Program-made: the position numbers and the translations under genes
The notes under the pieces: generated by a model
Databases searched by the model: none
Seen by the model: only the letters and a program-made list of their open reading frames with translations
Told to the model about the DNA's origin: nothing
NCBI GenBank assembly: GCA_947589105.1
Contig: CANQBL010000001.1
Coordinates: 131,973-195,972 of the forward strand
Source of the DNA: an uncultured Bacilli bacterium
GTDB taxonomy: Bacteria > Bacillota_I > Bacilli_A > RF39 > UBA660
Direction: 5' to 3'
Length of the DNA stretch: 64,000 bases
Shown: piece by piece, positions 39,597 to 50,083 of the stretch
Position numbering within the stretch: the first letter of the stretch is position 1
Layout: the number at the start of each line of letters is the position of its first letter

Positions 39597-40856
39597 ATGC
39601 ACAGGATGATAATTGAAGGCGGTAGAGAATTAAGTGGAGAAGTACGAATTAGTGGTTCAAAAAATAGTGCTGTAGCCCTTGTGCCTGCCGCTGTTTTATG
39701 TGATGAAGAAGTAACGATTGCTAACGTACCAAATATTTCTGATATTAAAGCTTTGGAAGAAATTTTAAATTATTTAGGAGCAAAAGTTGAAAAACAAAAA
39801 GATATAATAAAGATAGACTCTTCAAAAATAGAAAATAAACTTATCCCAGAAAAAATTTCAAAAAAATTAAGAGCGTCATATTATTTTATGGGTGCCCTTT
39901 TAAGTAGGTTTAAAAAAGTAGAAATGTATTTTCCAGGAGGTTGCTCTATTGGTGCAAGACCAATAAATCTTCATTTAAAGGGTTTTGAGGCTATGGGTGC
40001 AAAGGTAACAGAAAATGATAATTTATTTACAATTACCGCCGATAATTTAAAGGGTGCAAAAATAAACTTAGATTTTGCTTCAGTAGGGGCTACTATTAAT
40101 ATTATGTTGGCGGCTGTAAAAGCAAATGGGACTACCGTTATTTCTAATGCTGCAAAAGAACCGCATATTGTTAATGTAGCTACGTTTTTAAATAATATGG
40201 GTGCAAAAATAAGTGGTGCAGGAACTAGCGAAATTAAAATTATAGGAGTAAAACACTTACATTCTTGTTTTCATGAGGTAGTTCCAGATTATATAGAAAC
40301 GGGTACTTACATGATTTTGGCAAGCGCTATTGGAAAAGATATGACAATAACTAACATTATTCCTGATCACGTTGAATCTTTAATATCAAAGCTAGAGGAA
40401 ATGGGTGTACCAATGCAAATAGGAATAGATTTTATAAGAATAAGCGCTCCTCAAAAATTAAAACAAACTAATATTAAAACACAGGTATATCCTGGTTTTC
40501 CAACAGATTTACAACAACCAATAGCGGCGCTTTTAACGCAAGCTTCTGGCAAATCAATTATAAATGAAACAATTTGGGAAAACAGATTTTTAAATTTGTT
40601 AGAATTAAATAAAATGGGAGCTACAACTGAAACTCTAACTAATTCAAAAGCGGTAATAATTGGGCCTTCAAAGTTAAAAGGTAAAAAGGTAAAGGCAACG
40701 GATTTAAGAGCAGGGGCATCACTTGTTATTGCGGGATTAATTGCAGAAGGTAAAACAATTATTGAAAATGCTGATTACATATTAAGAGGGTATGAAAATA
40801 TAATTGAAAAACTTACTAATGTAGGTGCTAAAATAAGCCTTGAAGAAATAGAATAG
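39597..40856 (+). CDS. murA: UDP-N-acetylglucosamine 1-carboxyvinyltransferase MurA
   Basis: 419 aa. ISGSKNSAVALVPAAVL N-terminus and catalytic Cys region (FPGGCSIGARPI). Confidence 0.92.
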   Translation: MHRMIIEGGRELSGEVRISGSKNSAVALVPAAVLCDEEVTIANVPNISDIKALEEILNYLGAKVEKQKDIIKIDSSKIENKLIPEKISKKLRASYYFMGALLSRFKKVEMYFPGGCSIGARPINLHLKGFEAMGAKVTENDNLFTITADNLKGAKINLDFASVGATINIMLAAVKANGTTVISNAAKEPHIVNVATFLNNMGAKISGAGTSEIKIIGVKHLHSCFHEVVPDYIETGTYMILASAIGKDMTITNIIPDHVESLISKLEEMGVPMQIGIDFIRISAPQKLKQTNIKTQVYPGFPTDLQQPIAALLTQASGKSIINETIWENRFLNLLELNKMGATTETLTNSKAVIIGPSKLKGKKVKATDLRAGASLVIAGLIAEGKTIIENADYILRGYENIIEKLTNVGAKISLEEIE

Positions 40857-40885
40857 TATTGTTATAAATACTATTTTATTTTGGG

Positions 40886-41656
40886 GTGAAATATTTGAAA
40901 AGAAGATATAAACTTTTAATAGGTTTTATAATTAGTGGTATTATTTTAATTACAATTTTTTTAATAACTAAGGATAGGAAAGTATATTATTTATCTTTAG
41001 GGGATTCTCTTGCACAGGGACAAACTCCTTATAATACGATAGAACAAAGTTATGGAGATTATATTGCAGATTACTTAAAAGATAAAGAAGTATTGGAATT
41101 CTATACAAAAAAGTTTTCTAAAAGTGGCTATAGAAGTATAGATTTACTAAATGATTTAAATAAAAATAAACAAATAAAAGTAGATGGTAAAAAAATAACT
41201 TTAAAAAATGCTCTTATAAAGGCGGATTTAGTTACTGTAAGTATTGGAGCTAATGATTTATTTTATAAACTTAACGTTGGAAATGAATTTGACTTAAATG
41301 AGTTTGATGATATATATACTTATGTTGACGAAACAATTTTAGATGTCGATAAGCTTCTTTATGAACTTAGAAAATCTTGCAAAGAACAAATTATGGTTTT
41401 TGGATTTTATAATCCATTTACTAATTTTTCATCTTCACTTTCATCTATGGTAGAACCAATTATTATTTATGCTAATACTAAGATGCAAACTCTTGTAAAA
41501 AAATATGACATGACGTATGTTGATATTCATGATTCTTTTTTGGCAAATGATAATTATCTTCCTAGTACTCTTGAAATACATCCTACAAAAGCGGGATATC
41601 AGGCAATGGCAAAAAGTGCAATAAAACTGATTGATGAAAAAATGCTTGCAAAATAA
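40886..41656 (+). CDS. SGNH/GDSL-family hydrolase (lipase/esterase-like), membrane-anchored
   Basis: N-terminal TM. GDSLAQG block I, GANDL block III, C-terminal DxxH-like region. Start uncertain: GTG at 40886 or TTG at 40895. Confidence 0.7.
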   Translation: MKYLKRRYKLLIGFIISGIILITIFLITKDRKVYYLSLGDSLAQGQTPYNTIEQSYGDYIADYLKDKEVLEFYTKKFSKSGYRSIDLLNDLNKNKQIKVDGKKITLKNALIKADLVTVSIGANDLFYKLNVGNEFDLNEFDDIYTYVDETILDVDKLLYELRKSCKEQIMVFGFYNPFTNFSSSLSSMVEPIIIYANTKMQTLVKKYDMTYVDIHDSFLANDNYLPSTLEIHPTKAGYQAMAKSAIKLIDEKMLAK

Positions 41657-41730
41657 TTCAACTATTGTTATAATATAATGGATTTTATATCTATGACTTA
41701 TTTTAAGTCATGGCGAAAGGAGCTAAAAGT

Positions 41731-41955
41731 ATGCCAAAAAAAGAAAGTATTTATAAAACTTCAACTGTTACATGTACTTGTGGTGCTACGTTTGAAACAA
41801 AATCAATTAACGATAAAATTCACGTAGAAGTTTGTTCAAAATGTCATCCATTCTATACTGGTCAAGCTACTATGCAATCTAAGACTGGTAGAGCAGAGAA
41901 GTTTAATAAAAAATATGGTTTAAAAAACAATACTGACGCACAAACTGCTGCATAG
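41731..41955 (+). CDS. rpmE: 50S ribosomal protein L31
   Basis: Start set at the ATG at 41731 (AAGGAG plus 8 nt). Cys-x-Cys...Cys-x-x-Cys zinc ribbon (TCTCG...CSKCHPFYTG). C-terminal RFNKKYGLK. Confidence 0.9.
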   Translation: MPKKESIYKTSTVTCTCGATFETKSINDKIHVEVCSKCHPFYTGQATMQSKTGRAEKFNKKYGLKNNTDAQTAA

Positions 41956-41984
41956 TATTTTTCTTTGAAATTAAATCAAATATA

Positions 41985-42014
41985 TTGACAGTAAACACAA
42001 AATAGTGTTATATT
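41985..42014 (+). promoter_or_regulatory. Candidate sigma-A promoter for the rpsL-rpsG-fusA-tuf operon
   Basis: TTGACA, about 18-nt spacer, TGtTATATT (extended -10). Confidence 0.45.
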
Positions 42015-42029
42015 ATTATAGCTGATTAA

Positions 42030-42057
42030 TTAAGTCTTGCTTTTTGGTAAGACTTAA
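42030..42057 (+). promoter_or_regulatory. Leader hairpin upstream of rpsL
   Basis: Perfect 9-bp stem TTAAGTCTT...AAGACTTAA with a 10-nt loop. Not followed by a U-tract, so probably not a terminator. Confidence 0.3.
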
Positions 42058-42110
42058 AAATATATCAAAAAAGAAACACCAGGTAGTGTGTTAAGAAAGG
42101 AGTAGAAATT

Positions 42111-42524
42111 ATGCCTACAATAAACCAAATTCTTCGTCACGGAAGAAAAGATAAGAAGCGTAAACCAAAAGCACCAGTTTTACTTGTTAGAACTAATACT
42201 CTAAAAAAGAAAAACGTGCCTGCTAATTCTCCACAAAAGCGTGGAGTATGTACTCGTGTTGGAACTATGACTCCAAAGAAACCAAACTCTGCATTACGTA
42301 AGTATGCACGTGTACGTTTAAGTAATGGTTACGAAGTAACTGCTTATATTCCAGGACAAGGACACAACTTACAAGAGCATAGCGTTGTTTTAATACGTGG
42401 TGGTCGTGTAAAAGACCTTATCGGTGTACGTTATCACATCATAAGAGGTACTTTGGATACTGCTGGAGTTGCTGATAGAAAGCAAGCAAGAAGTAAGTAC
42501 GGAGCAAAAAAACCAAAAAAATAA
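42111..42524 (+). CDS. rpsL: 30S ribosomal protein S12
   Basis: MPTINQILR...[10 protein letters not shown] signature. Confidence 0.98.
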   Translation: MPTINQILRHGRKDKKRKPKAPVLLVRTNTLKKKNVPANSPQKRGVCTRVGTMTPKKPNSALRKYARVRLSNGYEVTAYIPGQGHNLQEHSVVLIRGGRVKDLIGVRYHIIRGTLDTAGVADRKQARSKYGAKKPKK

Positions 42525-42553
42525 AAAATAAAAAATAATAAAGGAGGACAAAT

Positions 42554-43021
42554 ATGCGTAAAAGACGTGCTGTAAAAAGAGACGTATTACCAGATCCAGT
42601 CTATAATTCTAAAGTAATTACAAAACTAATTAATCAAATTATGCTAGATGGTAAACGTGGAAAAGCAGAAACTATCGTTTATGATGCGTTCGATATGATT
42701 CATGAAAGAACCAAAGAAAACGCAAATGACGTATTTAAAAAAGCCATGGAAAACGTAACTCCTGCACTAGAAGTTAGAGCTCGCCGTGTTGGTGGTGCTA
42801 ACTATCAAGTTCCAGTGGAAGTTAAACCAGCTAGAGCACAAGCATTAGCTCTTCGTTGGATAGTTAATTCATCTCGTTCTCGTGGTGGTAAAACAATGGC
42901 TGAAAAATTAGCTAATGAAATTATTGATGCTTCAAATGCAACAGGAGCAGCAGTAAAGAAAAAAGATGATACTCACAGAATGGCAGAAGCTAATAAAGCA
43001 TTTGCTCATTATCGTTGGTAG
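42554..43021 (+). CDS. rpsG: 30S ribosomal protein S7
   Basis: Typical S7 sequence, synteny. Confidence 0.98.
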   Translation: MRKRRAVKRDVLPDPVYNSKVITKLINQIMLDGKRGKAETIVYDAFDMIHERTKENANDVFKKAMENVTPALEVRARRVGGANYQVPVEVKPARAQALALRWIVNSSRSRGGKTMAEKLANEIIDASNATGAAVKKKDDTHRMAEANKAFAHYRW

Positions 43022-43036
43022 GAAAGGATTTAGTAT

Positions 43037-45109
43037 ATGGCTCGTGAATATTCATTAGAAAATACTCGTAACATTGGTATTATGGCTCACGTAGATGCTG
43101 GTAAGACCACATGTACCGAGCGTATTTTGTTCCATACTCATAAGATTCATAAAATTGGTGAAACTCATGATGGTGAATCTCAAATGGATTGGATGGAACA
43201 AGAAAAAGAACGTGGTATTACCATTACTTCAGCTGCAACAACTGCATATTGGAAGGGTACCCGTCTTAATATAATTGATACCCCTGGACACGTAGACTTT
43301 ACTATTGAAGTTACAAGATCGTTAAGGGTATTAGATGGTGCTGTAACTGTTCTTGATTCTCAAAATGGTGTTGAACCTCAAACTGAAAATGTTTGGCGTC
43401 AAGCAACGGATATGCATGTTCCAAGACTTGTTTTCTCAAATAAGATGGATAAAATGGGAGCTGATTTTGCTGCAAGTGTTGAATCTATTAAGTCAAGACT
43501 TGGTGTAAAAGCAACGGCTATCCAATGGCCAATTGGTGCTGAATCTGATTTCAATGGAATAATTGATTTAGTTACTATGAAAGCTTATCAATATGATGGA
43601 AAACCGGAAGAAAATGCGGTTGAAATCGAAATTCCAGCTGATTTAAAAGCTATAGCAGAAGAAAAAAGAATTGCTATGATTGAGGATGCTGCTGAATTTG
43701 ATGAAGAATTAATGGAAAAATATTTAGAGGGTGCTGAAATAAGTGTTGATCTAATTAAAAGAGCAATTAGAAAAGGTGTTCTTGCTGTTGAAATGTTCCC
43801 AGTTATGTGCGGTACTGCATTAGGAAACATTGGTGTTAAATTAGTTCTAGATGCAGTAGTTGATTACTTACCAGCTCCAACTGATATACCTGCAATTAAA
43901 GGTCATGATCAAAACAATAATGAGATTGAAAAACATGCTTCAGATAGTGAACCATTTGCTGCTTTGGCATTTAAAATCATGACTGACCCTTTTGTTGGTA
44001 GATTATCATTTTTCCGTGTATATTCTGGAACGTTAAGTAGTGGATCTTACGTGCTTAACGCAAATAAAAATGTTAAGGAAAGAGTTGGCCGTATCTTACA
44101 AATGCATGCTAATAATCGTACTGAAATTTCTGAAGTATACGCAGGGGATATAGCAGCTGCTGTAGGACTTAAAAATACAACAACTGGAGACACACTTTGT
44201 GATGAAAAACATCCAGTAATATTAGAAAAAATGGTTATCCCTGAACCAGTTATTTCTATAGCAATAGAACCAAAAAGTAAGGGTGACCAAGAAAAAATGT
44301 CTACTGCTTTACAAAAACTAGCTGAAGAAGACCCAACTTTTAGGGCTGAAACTGATCAAGAATCAGGCCAAACAGTTATTTCTGGTATGGGAGAACTTCA
44401 CTTGGATGTATTAGTAGATAGAATGAAAAGAGAATTTGGAGTAGAAGCAAATATTGGTAAACCACAAGTTGCTTACCGTGAAACTTTAACTTGTGCTGGA
44501 GATTGCGAAGGTAAATATATTAAACAATCTGGTGGTCGTGGTCAATATGGTCATGTATGGGTTAAGTTTGAACCTAATAAAGATCAAGGATATGAATTTG
44601 TTGATGCTATAGTTGGTGGTGTTGTTCCTCGTGAATATATACCAGTAGTAGATAAAGGATTACAAGAGGCAATGAAAACAGGTGTTCTTGCTGGATATCC
44701 TATGATAGATGTTAAAGCAACTTTATTTGATGGTTCATACCATGATGTTGACTCTAATGAAATGGCATTTAAAGTTGCTGCTTCATTAGCTCTTAAAGAA
44801 GCTAAGAAAAACTGTAAACCAGTTTTACTTGAACCAATAATGAAAGTTGATATAACTGTACCAGATGAATATATGGGTAACGTAATGGGAGATATTACAT
44901 CTCGTCGTGGTCGACCAATGGGACAAGAATCTGTTGGTAACGCACTTAAGATTAGTGCATACGTACCATTATCAGAAATGTTTGGTTATGCAACATCTTT
45001 AAGATCTAATACACAAGGTCGTGGAACATTTATTATGTTCTTTGATCACTATGAAGAAGTACCTAAGAGTATTTCTGAAGACATCATTAAGAAAAATGGT
45101 GCTCAATAA
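43037..45109 (+). CDS. fusA: Elongation factor G
   Basis: GTPase motifs [21 protein letters not shown]. 690 aa. Confidence 0.98.
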   Translation: MAREYSLENTRNIGIMAHVDAGKTTCTERILFHTHKIHKIGETHDGESQMDWMEQEKERGITITSAATTAYWKGTRLNIIDTPGHVDFTIEVTRSLRVLDGAVTVLDSQNGVEPQTENVWRQATDMHVPRLVFSNKMDKMGADFAASVESIKSRLGVKATAIQWPIGAESDFNGIIDLVTMKAYQYDGKPEENAVEIEIPADLKAIAEEKRIAMIEDAAEFDEELMEKYLEGAEISVDLIKRAIRKGVLAVEMFPVMCGTALGNIGVKLVLDAVVDYLPAPTDIPAIKGHDQNNNEIEKHASDSEPFAALAFKIMTDPFVGRLSFFRVYSGTLSSGSYVLNANKNVKERVGRILQMHANNRTEISEVYAGDIAAAVGLKNTTTGDTLCDEKHPVILEKMVIPEPVISIAIEPKSKGDQEKMSTALQKLAEEDPTFRAETDQESGQTVISGMGELHLDVLVDRMKREFGVEANIGKPQVAYRETLTCAGDCEGKYIKQSGGRGQYGHVWVKFEPNKDQGYEFVDAIVGGVVPREYIPVVDKGLQEAMKTGVLAGYPMIDVKATLFDGSYHDVDSNEMAFKVAASLALKEAKKNCKPVLLEPIMKVDITVPDEYMGNVMGDITSRRGRPMGQESVGNALKISAYVPLSEMFGYATSLRSNTQGRGTFIMFFDHYEEVPKSISEDIIKKNGAQ

Positions 45110-45194
45110 TAAATAATCCTAAGGGAAAAAGCTTGATATTTTCCCTTAGATTAGATAAAATATATATGTAATTTATATAGGGAGGAAATTAAAA

Positions 45195-46379
45195 ATGGCA
45201 AAAGAAAAATTTGATCGTTCTAAACCACATGTTAATATTGGTACTATTGGACACGTTGACCATGGTAAAACAACTTTAACTGCTGCGATCACAAAAAGAT
45301 TATCTCAAAAAGGTCAAGCTAAATTCGAAGATTATGCAGATATCGATAAGGCACCTGAAGAAAGAGAACGTGGTATAACAATTAATACTGCACACGTTGA
45401 GTATGAAACTGATAAACGTCACTATGCTCACGTTGACTGCCCAGGACATGCTGATTATGTTAAAAACATGATTACTGGTGCTGCTCAAATGGATGGTGCA
45501 ATTCTTGTTCTAGCTGCAACAGATGGACCAATGGCACAAACTCGTGAACACATCTTACTTGCTCGTCAAGTTGGAGTACCAAGAATGGTTGTATTCATGA
45601 ATAAGTGTGACATGGTTGATGATCCAGAAATGTTAGATTTAGTTGAAATGGACGTTCGTGAGTTATTAAACAAGTACGGTTTTGAAGGAGATGATACTCC
45701 AGTTATTCGTGGTTCAGCTTTAAAAGCTCTAGAGGGTGATCCTGAATATGAAAAGAATATTGATGAATTAATGGATGCTGTTGATGAATGGATTCCAACT
45801 CCTGAAAGAGACAACTCAAAACCATTCTTAATGTCAATCGAGGACGTATTTACTATTACAGGTCGTGGAACTGTTGTTACAGGACGTGTTGAACGTGGAC
45901 AATTAAAATTAAATGATGAAGTTGAAATTGTTGGTTTAAAAGACACTCAAAAAACAGTTGTTACTGGTATTGAAATGTTCCGTAAGCAACTAGACTATGC
46001 TGAGGCAGGAGATAATGCTGGAGTATTATTACGTGGTATTGCTCGTGAACAAGTACAACGTGGTCAAGTTCTTGCTAAACCAGGAACTGTTACTCCTCAT
46101 ACTAAATTTGAAGGTCAAGTTTATGTATTGAGTAAAGAAGAAGGTGGAAGACACACTCCATTCTTCTCAAATTACAGACCACAATTCTATTTCAGAACTA
46201 CAGACGTAACAGGTGTTGTTACTTTACCTGAAGGAACTGAAATGGTTATGCCTGGTGATAATGTTACAATGTCAGTTGAATTAATAGCTCCAATCGCACT
46301 TGAAAATGGTACTAAATTCTCTATCCGTGAAGGTGGACGTACTGTTGGTGCTGGTGTTGTTACTAAGATTGATGCTTAA
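45195..46379 (+). CDS. tuf: Elongation factor Tu
   Basis: [21 protein letters not shown]. 394 aa. Confidence 0.98.
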   Translation: MAKEKFDRSKPHVNIGTIGHVDHGKTTLTAAITKRLSQKGQAKFEDYADIDKAPEERERGITINTAHVEYETDKRHYAHVDCPGHADYVKNMITGAAQMDGAILVLAATDGPMAQTREHILLARQVGVPRMVVFMNKCDMVDDPEMLDLVEMDVRELLNKYGFEGDDTPVIRGSALKALEGDPEYEKNIDELMDAVDEWIPTPERDNSKPFLMSIEDVFTITGRGTVVTGRVERGQLKLNDEVEIVGLKDTQKTVVTGIEMFRKQLDYAEAGDNAGVLLRGIAREQVQRGQVLAKPGTVTPHTKFEGQVYVLSKEEGGRHTPFFSNYRPQFYFRTTDVTGVVTLPEGTEMVMPGDNVTMSVELIAPIALENGTKFSIREGGRTVGAGVVTKIDA

Positions 46380-46386
46380 TAAAATA

Positions 46387-46416
46387 AAAGACATTCACAT
46401 GAATGTCTTTTTTTTG
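46387..46416. terminator. Bidirectional rho-independent terminator between tuf (+) and the HAD gene (-)
   Basis: AAAGACATTCA-ca-TGAATGTCTTT flanked by an A-tract and a T-tract. Confidence 0.7.
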
Positions 46417-46456
46417 TTAATTAATATTACAAAATTAAAATACATAGTTTATTTAT

Positions 46457-47083
46457 TTAATATTTTGTATTAACAGTTTTTATTTTTTTTAGCAAATCTT
46501 TTAAAGAATGCTCTTTATCTACTATATAATAGTCGATACCAGCTTTTTTTGCACCTTTTGCATCACTTATTAAATCATCACCTATCATTATACATTTGTC
46601 TTTACTTGTATCTCCTACAGCAAGTTCAAATGCTTTTAAGGTAGGCTTTAAAGCATCTTCGCCTGAAATAATTTTATCTATATATTTGTATAATCCAGCT
46701 TTTTTTAATCGATGTATTTGAGTTTTTCTAAACCAATTAGTTAAAATAGTTATATTTTTATTATTATTCTTTAAATATTTAAATAATTCTAATGCACCAT
46801 CTATAGTTGTATCAATTATTTCACGTTCATCAAAATCTATCCAATTTTTAAGTAAATCAACACTAATATCAAATCCGTAACTTTTAAAATGCCTACTTAG
46901 TAATTGTAAATCATATTTAGGAGATTTGTTTTCAAATTCATTTATAATTTGTTGCTTTTTATTTAAAAAGCTCTCTAATTGTTCTGGCTTTATCACTTTT
47001 TTAAAATAATCGTTTTCGAAGGACCAATCTGGAATTAAAATTGTATAATCAATATCAAATATGTATTTATCATAATCTTTCAT
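46457..47083 (-). CDS. HAD-superfamily hydrolase
   Basis: Motif I FDIDYTIL (DxD), C-terminal GDDLISDAKGAKKAGID (motif IV). Confidence 0.7.
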   Translation of the reverse strand: MKDYDKYIFDIDYTILIPDWSFENDYFKKVIKPEQLESFLNKKQQIINEFENKSPKYDLQLLSRHFKSYGFDISVDLLKNWIDFDEREIIDTTIDGALELFKYLKNNNKNITILTNWFRKTQIHRLKKAGLYKYIDKIISGEDALKPTLKAFELAVGDTSKDKCIMIGDDLISDAKGAKKAGIDYYIVDKEHSLKDLLKKIKTVNTKY

Positions 47084-47121
47084 TACGTTAATCCTTTTTA
47101 ATTGTTTTAAATAGTAGTATA

Positions 47122-48381
47122 CTAAATTGGAGTGTTAAGCCAGTTAATAATTGGATTTAGTTTACTACCTGTATAATAAGCCTTTTTATTGATTACTAAA
47201 TCGAATTCGCCAACATATTCAACAATTTTATTGGATAATTCTCTTTTTAATTGATTATCATATTCTGTATTATTAAATTCTCCAGTCATGCCATTAAAAT
47301 CAATAATTTCATAGCCTTGTTTTGCAAATTCTTGAATTAATTGCCATCTAAGCAAGTATTCAGGATTTTGCTCTTTAAAATTATTATTTACCCCACTTGC
47401 TATTATTGTTACGGTTTTTCCATATTTTAAAACTGCAACACCAGCTATTACTAAGCCACTTGGATATTGTTGAAATAAATTTATAGCTTTTAACATGTTC
47501 GTTTTATATTTTGATACTAGTTCATCAGATTTTAATTTTTCATTGATAATCATTTCTTTATTTGGATTATTCCAATCTTGCATTTGAGCGTTTAATTCGC
47601 TATTTCTTTGTTCTTCTTTTTCATATAGAGTTTTACTTGAATTTACGTATGATACTGGCTCTAACTTTGTAAAATAAACTTCGAAGCCACCATTTTTACC
47701 AAAAAACTCATAATAATCTAAATAATACTCTAATGGAGGAACTGGTTTATTTATCAATGTAAATAATAAATTAATATCATTTGTGGTTCCTTTGTATACT
47801 TTGTTACCCTTTTTAGTAGATTCTTTTATTTTTTCCCTAGCTTCTTTTGATATGGAATTGTATAAGGTTATAATGTTTTTATTTAAGGTAACGAGCGAAT
47901 TCCACCTTGGTTTACTAGCTTCCATTTTATTATTATATCCCATGTGGATGTATCCTAGTTTTTGTAGTTTTTGAACAAATGACGTGTTATTTTGTACATC
48001 TATTTTTTCACTGCCATCAAAATTATGTTCTTTATATACAATTAAAGGATCTACTTTAAGATATGTAAAACCTCTTTTAGATAAAAAATCTTTTAAACTA
48101 TTTGTAAATTCGGTTACTAAATCTTCGTTATTCCAATCAATTAAAAAACCTCTAGGTGCATATCCCATTTTCCTTTTATTGTTTTTTTCATTTTTTACTA
48201 TCATTAAAGTTGCGGCTTTTATATTGTTTACCTCGTCAACTAAACCTAGATAATATGAATTATAACCATGTTTATTCATAAATTTACCATAATTACTAGT
48301 TTGATAAAAGTTTTGGTTAGGATGTGATATAGCAAATTGATCAAATTTTATCTCATCAAGAAGCACTATTTGCATAAACAT
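47122..48381 (-). CDS. FemAB-family peptidoglycan interpeptide-bridge aminoacyltransferase
   Basis: 419 aa. N-terminal FemAB-like segment (FYQTSNYGKFMNKHGYNSYYLGL...MGYAPRGFLIDW...YLKVDP) and coiled-coil insert typical of the FemA/FemX family. Confidence 0.7.
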   Translation of the reverse strand: MFMQIVLLDEIKFDQFAISHPNQNFYQTSNYGKFMNKHGYNSYYLGLVDEVNNIKAATLMIVKNEKNNKRKMGYAPRGFLIDWNNEDLVTEFTNSLKDFLSKRGFTYLKVDPLIVYKEHNFDGSEKIDVQNNTSFVQKLQKLGYIHMGYNNKMEASKPRWNSLVTLNKNIITLYNSISKEAREKIKESTKKGNKVYKGTTNDINLLFTLINKPVPPLEYYLDYYEFFGKNGGFEVYFTKLEPVSYVNSSKTLYEKEEQRNSELNAQMQDWNNPNKEMIINEKLKSDELVSKYKTNMLKAINLFQQYPSGLVIAGVAVLKYGKTVTIIASGVNNNFKEQNPEYLLRWQLIQEFAKQGYEIIDFNGMTGEFNNTEYDNQLKRELSNKIVEYVGEFDLVINKKAYYTGSKLNPIINWLNTPI

Positions 48382-48495
48382 CCCTCCCTTTATTCTTACA
48401 CCTTATTATAACCCATAACAACTTATAAAGTCAATTTACAAGTATAAAATAAACACTTAAATTTTATTATTTTAAATGTTATAATAATTATATAA

Positions 48496-49743
<1,248 letters not shown>

Positions 49744-49806
49744 TTATATTTGTTTGCTATTTATCCTATAATATGTTAAAATAACAAATAGTTAAGGAGG
49801 GCTATT

Positions 49807-50016
49807 ATGCTTACCGTATTAATGATTATATCTATTTTGCTTATAATTATTGTACTTCTTCAAAGTGGTAAAGCTGAAAGTGGGAGTATAATAACTGGTG
49901 GCAATGCTGATTTATTTATGAATAGAAAAGAACGAGGCGGGGAGTTATTTATTACTAGATTAACTTATGCTTTAGGTATTGCTTTCTTTATTATATGTAT
50001 AATAATGGACATGTAA
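49807..50016 (+). CDS. secG: Preprotein translocase subunit SecG
   Basis: 69 aa, two TMs with a central LLQSGKA(E)SGS motif. The eno-secG-rnr-smpB-ssrA order matches Bacillus. Confidence 0.85.
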   Translation: MLTVLMIISILLIIIVLLQSGKAESGSIITGGNADLFMNRKERGGELFITRLTYALGIAFFIICIIMDM

Positions 50017-50019
50017 GAA

Positions 50020-50047
50020 AAAAAGACTTGGTTAAGAGTCTTTTTTT
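50020..50047 (+). terminator. Rho-independent terminator after secG
   Basis: AAAAAGACT-tggttaag-AGTCTTTTT followed by TT. Confidence 0.6.
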
Positions 50048-50083
50048 GTTTTATAATATATATAGAAAGATAGGAGAAAGCAT

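Noticed and set aside
43588-45946. Antisense ORFs inside fusA and tuf (43588..43830, 45300..45488, 45566..45946, all -)
   Set aside because: They are embedded in conserved elongation-factor genes. Ser/Thr-rich chance frames.
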